Virus record (IMG/VR): IMGVR_UViG_3300008451_000399
Span: 22,412 to 86,411 of that record
Origin: a virus
Reading direction: 5' to 3' (one strand)
Length of the DNA: 64,000 nucleotides
Shown here: positions 39,210 through 50,074 of the stretch, piece by piece
Numbering within the stretch: the first letter of the stretch is position 1
Layout of the letters: every line of letters begins with the position of its first letter
Notes under the pieces: model-generated
What the model was told of the DNA's origin: nothing
Databases searched by the model: none
What the model saw: only the letters and a program-made list of their open reading frames with translations
Made by a program: the position numbers and the translations under genes

Positions 39210-40982
39210 TTAGAATGTTGCAGGGTTGGCTTCCAAATAATCATCCAAGTCCCATAACTTATGCTTCTCATTCTCATAGTAATACTTACCAACAATTCCA
39301 GTATCTCCGACACCACGTGCCTTAGATAACTTCATTAATGTTGTATTCTTATCTAAATCAGAATCTGCTTCTTTATCTCGCATAATAATAATGTTGATGC
39401 CACCAGATTTGAAAATAGTAGAGCTTCCCATAATATCTTCCTCTGATAAGTCTGCACCTTTAGAATTAGCCTTCTGTCCTTGTCCATTCTTGCGAACGTG
39501 ATTTACATTGACAAACATTACTCCTGTCTTCATCCAACCTTTCATCCAACCCATGAACTTCGCTTGTTCATCCTCTCCAAGCATATCAAACACATCTTGC
39601 AGTGGGTCAATGATAATTATCTTACAACCTAGACTAACAATCAAATACTCGATACGATCTTTCATTGTTTCAGCTTCAGCATCAAGAATGTAGAAACGAG
39701 GGTTCCCATCACTGTCATAAAACAACTCATCTTGTAATTGAACAATATCTTCTGAGTCAATGAAGTTAAGACGGTCTTCTACTGTCTCAAATAAATTCAT
39801 TTTGACTTCGGCGTAGGATGACAGAAGATTTACTCCATACTCACCATCTCCCGTTTCCATTGGGACAATTCCAACCTTACTATTTTCATTCATAATCCAA
39901 TGCAAGATCATTGCATCTACATAAGTCGATTTTCCAGTACCTGAGGCAGAAATTAGGTTTAGGATACAAGATGCTGGAATTCCTCCTCGTAGCTTCTTCT
40001 GTAACTTGTGCATAAAAGGTGGAAGCGTAATACGAGGCATACTCAGAAACTCTCGCATTTTATCTTTGATGTCCGTACTAGCTGTTACACCTGAAGGTAC
40101 ATACTTCTTAGCTTTCAAGAAGTCTTGGATAAACTCTTGTTGCTTGCCAGCTTTAACATAATCATCAGCATCCTTGTAACGCATACGCATCACCCAAGCC
40201 TTACCTTTAGGTAAAACTTTAATGATTTGTTCTGTAGCTTTCTGTCCAGCTTCATCTTCATCCATACACACAATAATCTTCTTGAATTGATTAAAGAATT
40301 CATACTGAGCTTGCACTTGCTTGTGTGCTCCGCTTTCTCCTAGTGTAGAACATACAACTGCAGTTGTTTCATACTGCAAAGCATTACGTTGTGTCTGATT
40401 GTCCAAAAGCATTTGATATGTGCTCAAAGCCTTCGTTTCACCTCCTGTAATGATACAAGTGTTTGTGTGTGTCTTGAAACGGAATTGAAACACCATATCG
40501 CATTCCTTCCCAACCTGTCCTACAGGATGTGAGAAATCTTTGGGGAATGTGCGAGTGCGATAACCTGATAATTCCCCGCCAATTGTTGTTGGAACATATT
40601 GCTTAACAGGCTCACCTGTCTCTTCATCATACGAATAACGCACTCCGAAGAAATTGTTTGTGGCTGTCTTAATACCTCTGTACCCTTTACCATCTGTGCC
40701 AGTGTATCCCTTAATACGTTCATTCTCTTCTGGTGTAATTTTCTCTCTTGTACTCACTTCACTCTCCTCATAATAATCCTCTTCCTCATCCCATCCCATA
40801 GCGTCACGATGCTCTTGACTAGCAATAGTCCAGCCACAACTCCAACAGTGGGCAGACTCTGTACTGGCATAGACATGTAAATTGTTTCTGGAATTATCTC
40901 TGCCTTCTCGTATACAACGAGGACAACCTGTTTTGTGCTCTCGTGTTAAATCAATTCCATACTTCTCTGCTATTGCTGACAT
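39210..40982 (-). CDS. primase-helicase (T7 gp4-like)
   Basis: CPRC/CWSC zinc finger, TOPRIM MDEDEAG, Walker A SGTGKST, IIIDP, NHVRK, GSS, KAR. Confidence 0.93.
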   Translation of the reverse strand: MSAIAEKYGIDLTREHKTGCPRCIREGRDNSRNNLHVYASTESAHCWSCGWTIASQEHRDAMGWDEEEDYYEESEVSTREKITPEENERIKGYTGTDGKGYRGIKTATNNFFGVRYSYDEETGEPVKQYVPTTIGGELSGYRTRTFPKDFSHPVGQVGKECDMVFQFRFKTHTNTCIITGGETKALSTYQMLLDNQTQRNALQYETTAVVCSTLGESGAHKQVQAQYEFFNQFKKIIVCMDEDEAGQKATEQIIKVLPKGKAWVMRMRYKDADDYVKAGKQQEFIQDFLKAKKYVPSGVTASTDIKDKMREFLSMPRITLPPFMHKLQKKLRGGIPASCILNLISASGTGKSTYVDAMILHWIMNENSKVGIVPMETGDGEYGVNLLSSYAEVKMNLFETVEDRLNFIDSEDIVQLQDELFYDSDGNPRFYILDAEAETMKDRIEYLIVSLGCKIIIIDPLQDVFDMLGEDEQAKFMGWMKGWMKTGVMFVNVNHVRKNGQGQKANSKGADLSEEDIMGSSTIFKSGGINIIIMRDKEADSDLDKNTTLMKLSKARGVGDTGIVGKYYYENEKHKLWDLDDYLEANPATF

Positions 40983-40991
40983 TATCTCTCC

Positions 40992-42825
40992 TCAACAAAC
41001 GTACCAATATCCAATTCCAACATCGTCAAGAACATGTTCATCACTGAATAAGAAATCTTCAGCTTCATCTCCTAGTTCATTTACAGACCTGACTTCTATG
41101 AAGCTACCTCCGTAAGTGTCTCGCACAGATTTTGTTGACAACATTTCATATACGTAATATTTCTTGAAGCCCATATTCAATAATCCCCCCATCGTTCTAC
41201 ATGCCATCGGTGATATACTCCAATAGGTTCCTTCAGTGTTTTAGCAGTCCTTAACTTGCTTCGCAAATATGCATAAACATCGTTATCCACAATATCCGCT
41301 AAAAATAAGTGTGTAATTTGCATTCCACCCCACTTACCGCAACATTCATGATGATTTATTGGAGTAATTCCAAACACTATTGTACCAAGACTTTTATAAA
41401 TACCTTCACACTTATTAGTCATATTAGATTTTATTTTTACATACGCTTCCACATTATGCACAAGAAATAGTATATAAGCATTCTCATCATTGTCTACAAT
41501 ACTCTTCGCGTATTCTAACATCTCTTCAGTTGTTTTCATAAACTCAATTCTCCCGATCATCATAGACATCTTCCAGATTGCAACCCGACATCTTTGCAAC
41601 AACTTTCAGTCTACTGATATATCTGTTAGCTTTATATAAATTCTCTCTTTGAGTTTCTATGATATTTGAAAACATAGCTATCACACCAAGACAACAAATT
41701 AACCAGACACTTAACATGAATATCATATTATCCCTTTCCTCATTATTTCTCCTAATTATCTTCACAAGGTATTCCATCTATCAGTAATTCACGCAACTCT
41801 TTCAACTCCCTCTCGTCAACTATCAATTGTCGAAGGAGTTGCTTATCAACTTTCTGATCTTCTCCTAAAGCATTAGCACGCTCCTTGATAAAATAAATAT
41901 AGCCAAAACTGGTAAAATCCCCAAGAGATTGATACTTCTTCCATAGGATTTTTAAATCATTTCTACGCTTTGCAATCCTACTCTGCAACACACTCATCAA
42001 CTTTAATTTTGACATTCACAAGCCTCCAATGTAAATTTAACATCCTTGCAAGCATCTTGATATCCAACAGCATATCCTGCGTCGAAAGGAGATTGTAGCA
42101 TCTTTAGCAGAGCTTTGTCAACTTTCTGTTCGTAGCCTAGTTGTTGTGCAGTATCTTTGTCAATTGTGTAGAGACGCTTATACTTCTCGTATTCTCTCCA
42201 GAAGAATGTGATAACAGCTTTTCTCTCTGCAATCCTACTTTGTAGTGCGCTAATTAGTTTTTGTTTGTTCATAATGAATACCACCAATCTCCACGTTTAA
42301 CTCTGCAACCTACTTCCCTGCCATAAAACACCTTCTCACTAGGATTTTCTTTCTTGAAAGCTTCGCAAGATTGTTGTTGGTAATTGTAGTCTCTTTCCTT
42401 CTTCAAATAAAAAGAGTATTCCATACTTCCGATTAATGCACCAGCAAGCAACACCCCTGTCAATACCGCAGATAATATAAATTTGTTTGTGCTGTCCATC
42501 ATATATCCTCCTCAAAACACTTCCAATATTCTTCTTGACTAACCCATAAGAAATCGTCAGTTGCGATGTATCCATCAAAAAGAATATCTAACTGAACACT
42601 CTCAGGATTCTCAAAATCCTTGGTATCCTCTTCGCCTTCATAGCAATAGGCATTCCCATTAGGTGCTCCATCTTCGTCTAATGCTGTCCATTGGTACTCT
42701 GCTTGTATTTCTCTAGGTTCAAATCCTTCCATATCAAAGCAGGAAGTTTTTCTCAACCAGATAATATCCTCTTGATGTTGCGGCTTCTTCTCAGAAATCT
42801 TGTAAAACGTAATTGTTACTGGCAT
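40992..42825 (-). other. cluster of seven small hypothetical ORFs
   Basis: Overlapping ORFs, including two apparent paralogues and two single-TM proteins. Confidence 0.55.
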
Positions 42826-42977
42826 TGTACATTCTCCTCAATAAACCTGTCATACTCATCAGTGCCAAACTCAAGTACATAATAGTCATCACTCTTCCAA
42901 ATACTGTCGTACCAATCTTCACGATACATCCAGCTACCGTCTGCCCACACAAATATATCTTCTAGACTTGTCATAGG

Positions 42978-43889
42978 TTATTCACTCATGTCAGTTTCAG
43001 AGCGCATACTAACAAATCTTGGGAAACGAGGCTTATCTTTTACTCCCGTATCCATACTCTCATATTTAATAAACTTCCCAATAATCTCAGAAGGATTATT
43101 CCAGTAATGCTCTCTATCAGAATGTTCCATTTTACCAGCTCCTACTGTAATTGTGTTACCTGTTGCAACATCTTTACAAATTAAACTTCCAACCATACCT
43201 TTGCCAATTTTATTTTCTTTATGAGAACTACGTTCTGTATGCCCAAGTTCATTCACTTTAGCTTGGTTAAGGTTTTGCATAGCTTCTGTCAATTCTAACA
43301 CAATAGCCTCTTTATCTGAAGATGGTTTTAATCGAAAGTAAGAAGCTTCTTTCTCAGTTGCTCTTCCGTTTTTGTGTTTACCAATACAACTACGACCAAT
43401 CAATCCTTCATATCCCTCTTTTAGCCATTCTTGGTAATTACTCTCAACCTCTTCTTTATCGTTAGCTATACGATAAGGTACTACATAAATGTTTTGAGAG
43501 TTCAGTCCTTTTTCTGCAACGTAATCATTCAGCAATTTCCAGCGAGTTTCGTAAGGTAGATGAATAACATCTCCTCGAAGGAAGTCAAAGACAAACCAAG
43601 TAGATTCATCTCCACCTTCTATTGTGTTTACTAGACTTGTTGTTAGATTACACAACAATTTCTTCTTAGGGTCGTATCCAGCAATAAGCTCACCGTCAAA
43701 ACCTGAATACTCTTCTTTAGAATATTTCTTAGTTAATGCTCTGTTGTCGAATTGTTTAAGCGAACGTCCAACTGAGTTTCCGTTAATATTCAACATACGA
43801 ACACCATCAATTTTTGTCATTGTGATTGCTGGAAATTTCACTTTATCAAGATTTCCGTCACAGCATAAATGCGGTTTAAAATTGCTCAT
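42978..43889 (-). CDS. ATP-dependent DNA ligase
   Basis: KIDGVR, FDGEL, VFD, EGLIGR, RLK and PRFP motifs. Confidence 0.93.
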   Translation of the reverse strand: MSNFKPHLCCDGNLDKVKFPAITMTKIDGVRMLNINGNSVGRSLKQFDNRALTKKYSKEEYSGFDGELIAGYDPKKKLLCNLTTSLVNTIEGGDESTWFVFDFLRGDVIHLPYETRWKLLNDYVAEKGLNSQNIYVVPYRIANDKEEVESNYQEWLKEGYEGLIGRSCIGKHKNGRATEKEASYFRLKPSSDKEAIVLELTEAMQNLNQAKVNELGHTERSSHKENKIGKGMVGSLICKDVATGNTITVGAGKMEHSDREHYWNNPSEIIGKFIKYESMDTGVKDKPRFPRFVSMRSETDMSE

Positions 43890-44296
43890 TAACAATTCTC
43901 CACCCAAGGTTATTATTTATTTTAAAAACTGCTCGTGGTAATTCAGAAAAGTAGTCCTCTTCCCACACAATACCATCAGAGTCTACCATATATTCATCTT
44001 GATAAGGTTTTTTCTCTCCTGTTTCTTTATTATAGAATTCAATCTTCATATCACCCTCCAAAATAAATACAATCTTGAGTCTCTGACTCAACAATTTCAA
44101 ATTCCATTAAAATGTCTGGCAAGCTCTTGCCGTTTTCATTTACACGTAACACCGTCAATAGATTCTTACTGATATAAAGTGTTGTTGGACGTTCACACCA
44201 AGCTCTCCAATAATCATTATGCTTCCTACTGAGTTCCTTGGTAATTTCATACTTTGTCATATTCTCTCCTTATGTAATAAAAGCCTCAGAACGCTC

Positions 44297-44325
44297 ATAA
44301 TAAGACATTCCAAGGCTTCTGTCAA
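44297..44325 (-). promoter_or_regulatory. sigma70-like promoter
   Basis: TTGACA-17nt-TATTAT. Confidence 0.7.
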
Positions 44326-44535
44326 GCATCTTTTAAAGAATTACAAACTTACTTTCATATTCCTCAGCTTCTTCTTCGTAAGAAGTCCAATCCTCCCAAA
44401 GTGAGTGGCTTAATTCATTAGTGTATGCTACAGACGGAGTAGAAGTTTTCTCAGGGGATTGTCCGTGGTCGCAATAGGAATATACTTCTAAATCTTGTGG
44501 CATTTCTTTCAGTAATTCAATTAGTTCAAAAACTT

Positions 44536-45480
44536 TCATGTTGTTCCTCCTTTATAGCATTCCCCATCAATTGTTTTACGATGTTGGATAAATCCTTTGA
44601 AATTACCACTCCATAAATTACCACAACGATCTACGTGAGAGATACCTTTTTCCCATGTGCGAGAACAAATAGGTACATTTTTTGCAGTTTCAAAATTAGA
44701 CACAGTGTTTGCAATAGGCGTTGCTTGGTGTTCCAAAGCAGAGCTATGCTTACGTTCATCACCTACAAGACGCTCATACAATTGCAAACACTTCTCTAAA
44801 CCGTAGTCTTCATTGCGATAAGATACAGCAGCGCAACGTGCAGCAGACACTTTGATTGCGTCTTGTAAACTAATTCCTTGAAATAAACCTTTAACAACTT
44901 CAATCTCGTAAGTTTGTTTGCCATCTTCTGTGTAGTATTTTGTATCAACGTAAGGTAAGTGCCACTCTCCAGCTTTCAACAACTGAGGAGTGCTATTGTC
45001 GTAAGCCTCTTTCATCTTACGTGCAAGCTCTGCAATTGTAGGGTCTGCCATAACATCATCTCTAAGCCAGAAGAAGTTGCTATACTCTGTTGCTGACACA
45101 ATAGCTTTAATCATTTGAAATGGTTCAGTCAAGCGATTGTAGATTTGCTTATGGTATCCGTAATCCTTGAGACTACGAGAATATGCAATTGCAGAATGTT
45201 TAGCATGATTCCAAATAGCACGAGGGTCGATAGTTGTTACATGCTCTTCTAAACTATCTTGCATACCTTTCTGTGCAGCTCCAAAGCGGCTAGGAGTTCC
45301 ATTAAGCTGCTCTAACATCTTATCAAATGGAATAGCTCGTGAGCTTGCAGCATTGCGTGAGAACTGTCTGTGTGTCATGAATTCCGACCAAATTATACGA
45401 GGCACTTCAATCTCGAATGTTGTTAGGCGATTACCATTCTCGTTAATACTGTCTGCTAAAATTTTTCCTTTAATCATCAA
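44536..45480 (-). CDS. thyX: flavin-dependent thymidylate synthase
   Basis: EFMTHRQFSRNAASSR, HKQ..NRL.EPF, SAARCA.VSY, H.SALEHQA. Confidence 0.88.
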   Translation of the reverse strand: MMIKGKILADSINENGNRLTTFEIEVPRIIWSEFMTHRQFSRNAASSRAIPFDKMLEQLNGTPSRFGAAQKGMQDSLEEHVTTIDPRAIWNHAKHSAIAYSRSLKDYGYHKQIYNRLTEPFQMIKAIVSATEYSNFFWLRDDVMADPTIAELARKMKEAYDNSTPQLLKAGEWHLPYVDTKYYTEDGKQTYEIEVVKGLFQGISLQDAIKVSAARCAAVSYRNEDYGLEKCLQLYERLVGDERKHSSALEHQATPIANTVSNFETAKNVPICSRTWEKGISHVDRCGNLWSGNFKGFIQHRKTIDGECYKGGTT

Positions 45481-45640
45481 TCCTCCATGTCTTCTACAAT
45501 TTGCACCAACAATAACAACCCTTCCAGAATCTCACTATCATCTAGGAAATCCTTTAGTGGTGCTCCACAACTCTCACTCTTCAATACACCCTTCTTAATA
45601 CGTGTATAGAGAGCTTTCTGTTCTTTTGTTTTAAATACCA

Positions 45641-46466
45641 TCAGTCGTCCCTGTCACTTTCTAAGTCATTCAAATATTCTTCAGATTCCTCTTCCTCTGA
45701 CAAGTAATGGAAAGGATTATAACCAGATTCTAGACACACTCTAATCTTAGCAGCCATACTAATAAACTCTTGGTTGTCTGTGACAAGTTTAATATCACCT
45801 TCATCCATACGCCCGTAAATTTCACTGTGTTTGCCTAGAATTTCACCAAAATACACTTCTTTGTTAGTAATATTTTCAACGTCTTCTGCAGTTGCTAAGA
45901 AACGCCCACAAACATTTCCACCGCGAAAGCTCCATTCAAATTCGTATAAGTTTTTCATAATTCCTCCTATTCAATAACAATCCGAATACTCTTAGCTGTG
46001 AAAGAATCAACCACTCCAAAGTTTAAAGACATATATCCTTTAGAAGCATAAGCCACTTTGTCACCCACTTTAACCTCTTTTCCTGCAGCATCTTTAATTG
46101 TCATATTAATTCTCCTCAACTAATTTGCACAGTATAAACAACTCCTGCTTCCACATTTGGAAATAAAGCTTTCCAGCTATTCTCAGCTTGTACAATACTA
46201 TCTGCCAATCCTTCTAGTTTATGTGGATACACTCCAAATCCTACCCAATAATAGTCTCCAGAATAATAGTTTAAACAGTCTACATTCAGCTTAGATGAAT
46301 GTCCTGACATAAACTCAATAATACCATCTTCACTGATTTCTTCATGATCTTTCTCGGAAATAATGCCCTGCTCTTCCAAGAATTCTACAACTTCGCATCG
46401 ACTATCAAACTCTAAACCAATACCTAAGATTGGTGTGTAATCTACTCCCATATTAATCCTCCTCAA
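45641..46466 (-). other. acidic hypothetical ORFs (45641-45958, 46116-46466)
   Basis: Strong GAGGAG RBS; GEILGKHSE motif in the first. Confidence 0.65.
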
Positions 46467-46774
46467 TATTCAATAATAACATCATAACCCCACCCTTGCA
46501 ACAACAGCTTGAAAGCATCTTCAATCTCATACGTTGCACCTCCATAGCAGTGTACCACAACACTCACAATCGTCTATCTCTATTGTGCGTATAATTTTAA
46601 CTTGGTTCATTTGTTCCCTCTAAATCGTCCTCATCAGGACAACCATCTTTATACCGTTGTTCTCTTAACTCTACAACTCTCTTCATTAAGTTCATCTTAC
46701 GCTGAGCCTCATAATTTGGGCAAGCTTCGCAAGGCTGAAACTCTCGTAATAATGAACATTCGCAGCACACCATG

Positions 46775-47215
46775 TTATTTCTCCTTTTCCCTAGAAAACA
46801 CTAAATTTCCAATACGTCTGTGCTTTGTAGCCCATTGATGCTTATTCTTATAATCATTAAAGAAGATATACTCATTACTCAACACAGGAGCCATTATAAG
46901 CGCATTCCAGAATTTCGTCAAGAACTTCTTATCATTCACTTTACGAATACCTGTACGGGTTATATAAGGGAACTGATTAGGTTTGCGAACCGTTACTAAA
47001 ATCGTTTCACGATTCTTCTTAGCCCTATTAAGCACAACGTCTAAGACAGCCCTAATCGTCACAATACTTTCTCCTCTTGCTTCCTTGTAAGCTATCCACT
47101 GAAGCGTCTGAATATCTGTAGGAGATTTTATTGCATAATTTTTTATGCTAGAGGTATTAGCTGCAACAGAGCTGCATATGATAGAGAGGATTATTGCAGC
47201 TAATAAGTTTCTCAT
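46775..47215 (-). CDS. SleB-like cell-wall hydrolase (Hydrolase_2) with signal peptide
   Basis: AYKEARGES, VVLNR, QF, IGN.VF; N-terminal signal sequence. Confidence 0.85.
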   Translation of the reverse strand: MRNLLAAIILSIICSSVAANTSSIKNYAIKSPTDIQTLQWIAYKEARGESIVTIRAVLDVVLNRAKKNRETILVTVRKPNQFPYITRTGIRKVNDKKFLTKFWNALIMAPVLSNEYIFFNDYKNKHQWATKHRRIGNLVFSREKEK

Positions 47216-49341
47216 AAGATTTTCTCATTAAATCTATTAGCAATTGCCATTGCGGAGCCAATACTCAACTTCTCATTCTCTTGTAAGCAATCAAAAATAT
47301 CTGCCCACTTTACTTTCTTGTTGGAGTTGATGTATTTAGTAGATTCACATCCCCTTGTTGTTTTAGCTTGTTGAAAGAGTTTATTCTCAAGCTCATCATT
47401 AATCTCTTTCAGCTTACGAAAACAATACTGAGCATTCTCTTTATCTGTTTGTAGCTGCTCATTCTCAGCTTTCAACTGAGAAATCTCCATCTGATACTGA
47501 CGACAAAACTCACGCAGACATTCCAGCTCTCGTAAATGTTCTCCATTTAAACTCATAACCCCCTCCAATCAATTAAGAAGCCTCTATATTAAACACTTCC
47601 AATTCCTTTGTCAACATTTCTTTTAAATTTCTCTGGTACGTAACAATTCCATAACGTATAATCTGTGTCGTACAACTTTTGCATACGTATAATTTGTTTT
47701 CGCTTAATATTCCAAGCATCCCACACACGGAAGTCATCTGAATAGTCGTCATCCCAAGAGAATTGCTCTAAAGCTTGGATGTAGAGGGCTATTGACATGA
47801 TTGTTCCCATTCTGTTAGTTTGATTAAAACACTCTGCCAAGAGAGTTTATCACAGGATTGTCCTAATTCGTATTGATACTTATCAGGGTCTTCTATTCTT
47901 TGTCTGTTGTCTAGTTTGAAAGCATATTGCAATTCACGCAGAATAAGCTTCTTAGTTTTCTCAGGAATTTCTTCAAAATGCTCTGAGAAAGCTTCTTCAA
48001 AATCTGATACAATATAAGAGCTTCTTCCTAAGCAATAACGGAAGGAACAGAACCAGAGTGTTTCTAAGTGTTTTTGTTTCATAATGCATCCTCCATTTGA
48101 TATTTAGCTACGTCAGCAAGCCTTGTTAAAGCATTATACATTTCTTCTGGTGTATAACAATCAACATCTCGCAATATCCTAGACAAGTTTTCTCTAAAAT
48201 ACCTTAAATCAAGTCCATATTCATTTGTCATTGTCATCCTCTTTTGGCTCTGTACAATACTCGTCAAAGTATCTATCTATGTAACTTCTTTGATCTCCAA
48301 AATTTGATTCTATGACCTTCCAGACTACATCACCTAAATAGTAGCACATACAAACCGAGTATACAGAAGCTACCGCATACAAAACATACCAACCGTATTT
48401 TACAACAACTACCAATGAAAGTAAAATTACCATTACAACCGAGAACCCTATAATAAATTTCAATATGTGTTTCATAATCACCACTCCACTTTCTGTTGAC
48501 TCTTCTCCCAATTCTTCATTTGTTCCTCCGTCATTTCATCTGGACAGTACTCTATCATAAGTTTATCAATTTGATATTGCAGATATTCATTCTCAGCTTC
48601 TAATTCCATATTCTTCAAACTAATCTGTAAATTCCATTCGTGGCAGATTCTAGCAGAATTCTCGTAAGCTTTGCTTTCTTCTTGGAGTTGTTCGATTTGT
48701 TTAGTTTTATTAGAAGGGAATAATTTTGCAATTTTGTCATAAAAGCTTTTATCCATATCTGAATCTTTCATTATTTCCCCTCAAATTTCTTTAACCATTT
48801 ACCATATGCTCGTAAGGAACAATCTTCATCATCGTGCAATCTTACTTTGAATACATTTTTGAAATTGTAATTGTTCCAATATGTGCCTTCACGCTTATTA
48901 CGTGAGATTAAATATCGTTTGTTGTCTTTCATAAATTCCTCCAAGTTCTAACAAATTCAGGCGGATTCAACCCAAGACAGTGTTGGTCTAAATATTGATT
49001 CTTTCCACAACCACAGGAGCGAGTTGCTGGAGTTGTTGGCATTTCAAGTTCAATTTCAAAAGCATTGCTGTAGACAGCTTTTGTGTAACTCCACTTGTGA
49101 ATACCAATTCTACACAAGAATCTCATACACCCTCCTTACGACCAATAGAATGCGCTGGATGAAGAATGTACAATGTTCCCATAGCTTCCTTCACAGCAGC
49201 TAGACGTTCTTCATTACGTTGTTGTAGCTCTGTTAATGTTGACACAGCATACATGGAATTTGTAATTGTGTGTGCGTTGTCATCGCTTGTCATGCATTTT
49301 GTTTTGAAATAGTTTAGAATGCTCATATTAAATCCTCCCAA
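47212..49341 (-). other. cluster of small hypothetical ORFs
   Basis: About eight packed ORFs, including an FRYCLGR.SY-motif protein (47789-48082). Confidence 0.6.
47586..47614 (-). promoter_or_regulatory. sigma70-like promoter
   Basis: TTGACA-17nt-TAATAT. Confidence 0.6.
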
Positions 49342-49388
49342 TTAAGTTATTCAGTAGTTTACTAGGCTTCACATCCACAGAAGATGTA

Positions 49389-49417
49389 ATAATATTCCCA
49401 TTTTCAATTCGTGTCAA
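49389..49417 (-). promoter_or_regulatory. sigma70-like promoter overlapping the recombinase stop codon
   Basis: TTGACA-17nt-TATTAT. Confidence 0.7.
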
Positions 49418-50061
49418 GATGTCTTAGCAGAAATTTGTTGTTGCAGCTTTTCCCACTTAGCTTCAAGCTGCTGGAAAGCCTCAGCACAAGCATATTGCTT
49501 CTTGTATGTACTTACAGTTTTCTCAGAAACTTGGTGACGATATGCTACGTCCATACGAGACACACCTGCTTGTAAGTCTGCTAGGATTGATTTGATTTTG
49601 TCTGGGGAATTTTGCATCTGTCTACCAAGAATTGTCCCTTGAGCTTTAGTACGTGCAAGACCTGCTGTAACACGCTCTATTGTCAAGTTACGCTCCATCT
49701 CAGCTACAGCAGCAAGCATTGTCAATACAAGCTTCCCCATAGAACTTGTCAAGTCAATCATGTCAAGTTGTAACACACGTAGCTTGATCTTGTGCTCCTT
49801 GAAGTATTCAACTGTTTGTAACACATCAGAGGCTGTACGACCAAGCCTGTCAATCATGATACACACAACAGAATCGTTCTCTTGTAACACACCGAGCATT
49901 TCCTTGAAAGCAGGACGTTCAAATGCTGGAGTAGAGCCTGACACACCGACATCTGCAAATACTTTGTCAATTGCAAAGCCAGCGTCTGCAATGAGCTTGT
50001 CTTGATTTTCAGTGGTCTGGGTTAATTTTGTACTTACTCTTGTGTAACTGTAGGTTGCCAT
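49414..50061 (-). CDS. small serine recombinase (resolvase/invertase) with C-terminal HTH
   Basis: YTRVST..Q, GVSG, RP.F, IDRLGR, AEMER..TIER..AGL...KAQG..LGR; RBS supports start at 50061. Confidence 0.95.
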   Translation of the reverse strand: MATYSYTRVSTKLTQTTENQDKLIADAGFAIDKVFADVGVSGSTPAFERPAFKEMLGVLQENDSVVCIMIDRLGRTASDVLQTVEYFKEHKIKLRVLQLDMIDLTSSMGKLVLTMLAAVAEMERNLTIERVTAGLARTKAQGTILGRQMQNSPDKIKSILADLQAGVSRMDVAYRHQVSEKTVSTYKKQYACAEAFQQLEAKWEKLQQQISAKTS

Positions 50062-50074
50062 CAAATCTCTCCGC

